Notes under the pieces: generated by a model
Database searches by the model: none
Told to the model about the DNA's origin: nothing
Seen by the model: the letters and a program-made list of their open reading frames with translations, nothing else
Shown here: positions 62,717-64,000 of the stretch, piece by piece
How the letters are laid out: the number at the start of each line of letters is the position of its first letter
Position numbering within the stretch: the stretch's first letter is position 1
Translations under genes and position numbers: made by a program
Assembly (NCBI RefSeq): GCF_009914755.1
Contig: NC_060933.1
Length of the DNA stretch: 64,000 bases
From: the human T2T-CHM13v2.0 reference genome, Homo sapiens
Direction: 5' to 3' (one strand)

Positions 62717-62760
<44 letters not shown>
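62435..62760 (+). mobile_element. AluY with (CAA)15 tail, inserted into an MLT1-like LTR (~62075-62960)
   Basis: CpG-rich Alu; (CAA)15 at 62716-62760; TSD AAGA(T/G)TTGAAGGTGG. Confidence 0.9.
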
Positions 62761-63012
62761 AGAGTTGAAGGTGGGGAGCTAAGGAGGAGTTAAGTATGTC
62801 TGATTGGCAGGACCTACGTCATATGCCAGGACCCTGGCTACCAAGAGTCTGGGAAAATTAATAGAAGATCTTCAACTTCTCTGATTGGAGACAGGCTCTA
62901 TAACCCAAAATAGGAAGAGGTTCCTCTGCCAAGTAGCCATAAAGTGACAAATGTTCACTACATCCTTCATATATAGTCAGTTACAATTTCCTACTGACAC
63001 TATCCCCTAAAT

Positions 63013-63352
63013 CAGCAGTCCCCAACCTTTTTTGGCAGCAGGGACCGGTTTCGTGGAAGACAATTTTTCCACGTGCAAGGGTTTTGGGGGATGGTTTCAG
63101 GATAAAACTGTTCCGTGTCGAATCATCAGGAGTTACATTCTCATAAGGAGTGCGCAACCTAGATCCCTCGCATGCGCAGTTCCCAGTAGAGTTCACACTC
63201 CTATGAGAATCTAATGCTTCCGCTGCTCTGACAGGAGGCTGAGCTCAGGCAGTAATGCTTGCTCGCCCACCGCTCATCTCCTGCTGTGCGGGCCAGTTCC
63301 TAACAGGCCAGGGATCAGTACCGGTCTGTGGCCTGGGGATTGAAGAACACTG
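63013..63352 (+). mobile_element. MER1B (hAT-Charlie) full-length element
   Basis: CAGCAGTCCCCAACCTTTTTGGCA start, 340 bp, 8-bp TSD (C/T)CCTAAAT. Confidence 0.9.
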
Positions 63353-63364
63353 TCCTAAATCTCT

Positions 63365-64000
63365 TTTTTAAAACAGCTTTATTGAGTTATAATTCACATC
63401 CATACAATTTACCCACGTAAAGTGCACGATTCAATGGTATTTGATGTATTACATGTTATATTTTTTGGATCAGGAATACATATATAACAAAATTTGCCTG
63501 TTGACCATTTTTAAGAAAATAAATTTAATCATTTATACTTAAGATGTAAATATATTGTGGGATACATGTAGATAGTAAAATGGTCACTATAAAGAAGCAG
63601 ATTAACATATTCGTCATCTCACACAGTTACACTTTTGTTAGTTTTTGTGGCAAGAATAGCTAAAGTCTACTCATTTAGCAGGAATCACAAATACAGTACA
63701 ATTTTATTATCTGTAATCTTCACGTACATTTGATCTCTAGACTTGTTCATCCTACATGTCTGTTACTTTGTGTCCTCTGACCTACATCTCCCCATTTCCT
63801 TTCTACCTCCCTAGCCCCACCCCTGGTAAGCAGTGTCTTATTCCCTATCTCTGTATATTTGACTCTTTAAAAAATTCCACATGTAAATGAGATCATGTAT
63901 TTTTGTGTGTGTGTCTAGCTTATTTCACTTAGCACAAACTTCCAGGTTTCTGCATGTTGTGACAAATGGCAGGATCTCCTTTTTTAAAGGCAAAATAATA
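63365..64000 (-). mobile_element. L1MA/L1MB 3' end(s)
   Basis: CAGCTTTATTGAG...TAATTCACAT and TTCCACATGTAAATGAGATCATG motifs. Confidence 0.8.

Overview
Human/primate genomic DNA containing the complete NFIL3 (E4BP4) gene on the minus strand (recognised from the protein; from memory this locus is 9q22). The gene has a CpG-island promoter and non-coding exon 1 (donor at 49778), a ~12.7-kb intron 1, and a single coding exon 2 (37046 to ~35186) with a 462-aa bZIP repressor CDS (36874-35486). About 35 kb of 3' flank and 13 kb of 5' flank are dense with repeats: ~35 Alu/FLAM/FAM, L1, L2, CR1/L3, MIR, MaLR/ERVL LTRs, hAT/Tigger DNA transposons and a truncated U2 retrocopy. I found no second protein-coding gene and no evidence of a novel multi-gene system; the other ORFs in the track are Alu-derived, GC-rich or antisense shadows. 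The best leads are regulatory: a 16-codon uORF with a weak main AUG, a candidate 30-nt 5'UTR microexon, a cluster of D-box/C-EBP/STAT sites in intron 1 (possible autoregulation), a compact upstream CARE/AP-1/ETS/GAS module and an orphan NRF1/CCAAT/GC-box promoter 3 kb past the poly(A) site. There are also several local duplication and template-switch scars. Repeat subfamily calls and boundaries were made by eye and are approximate.
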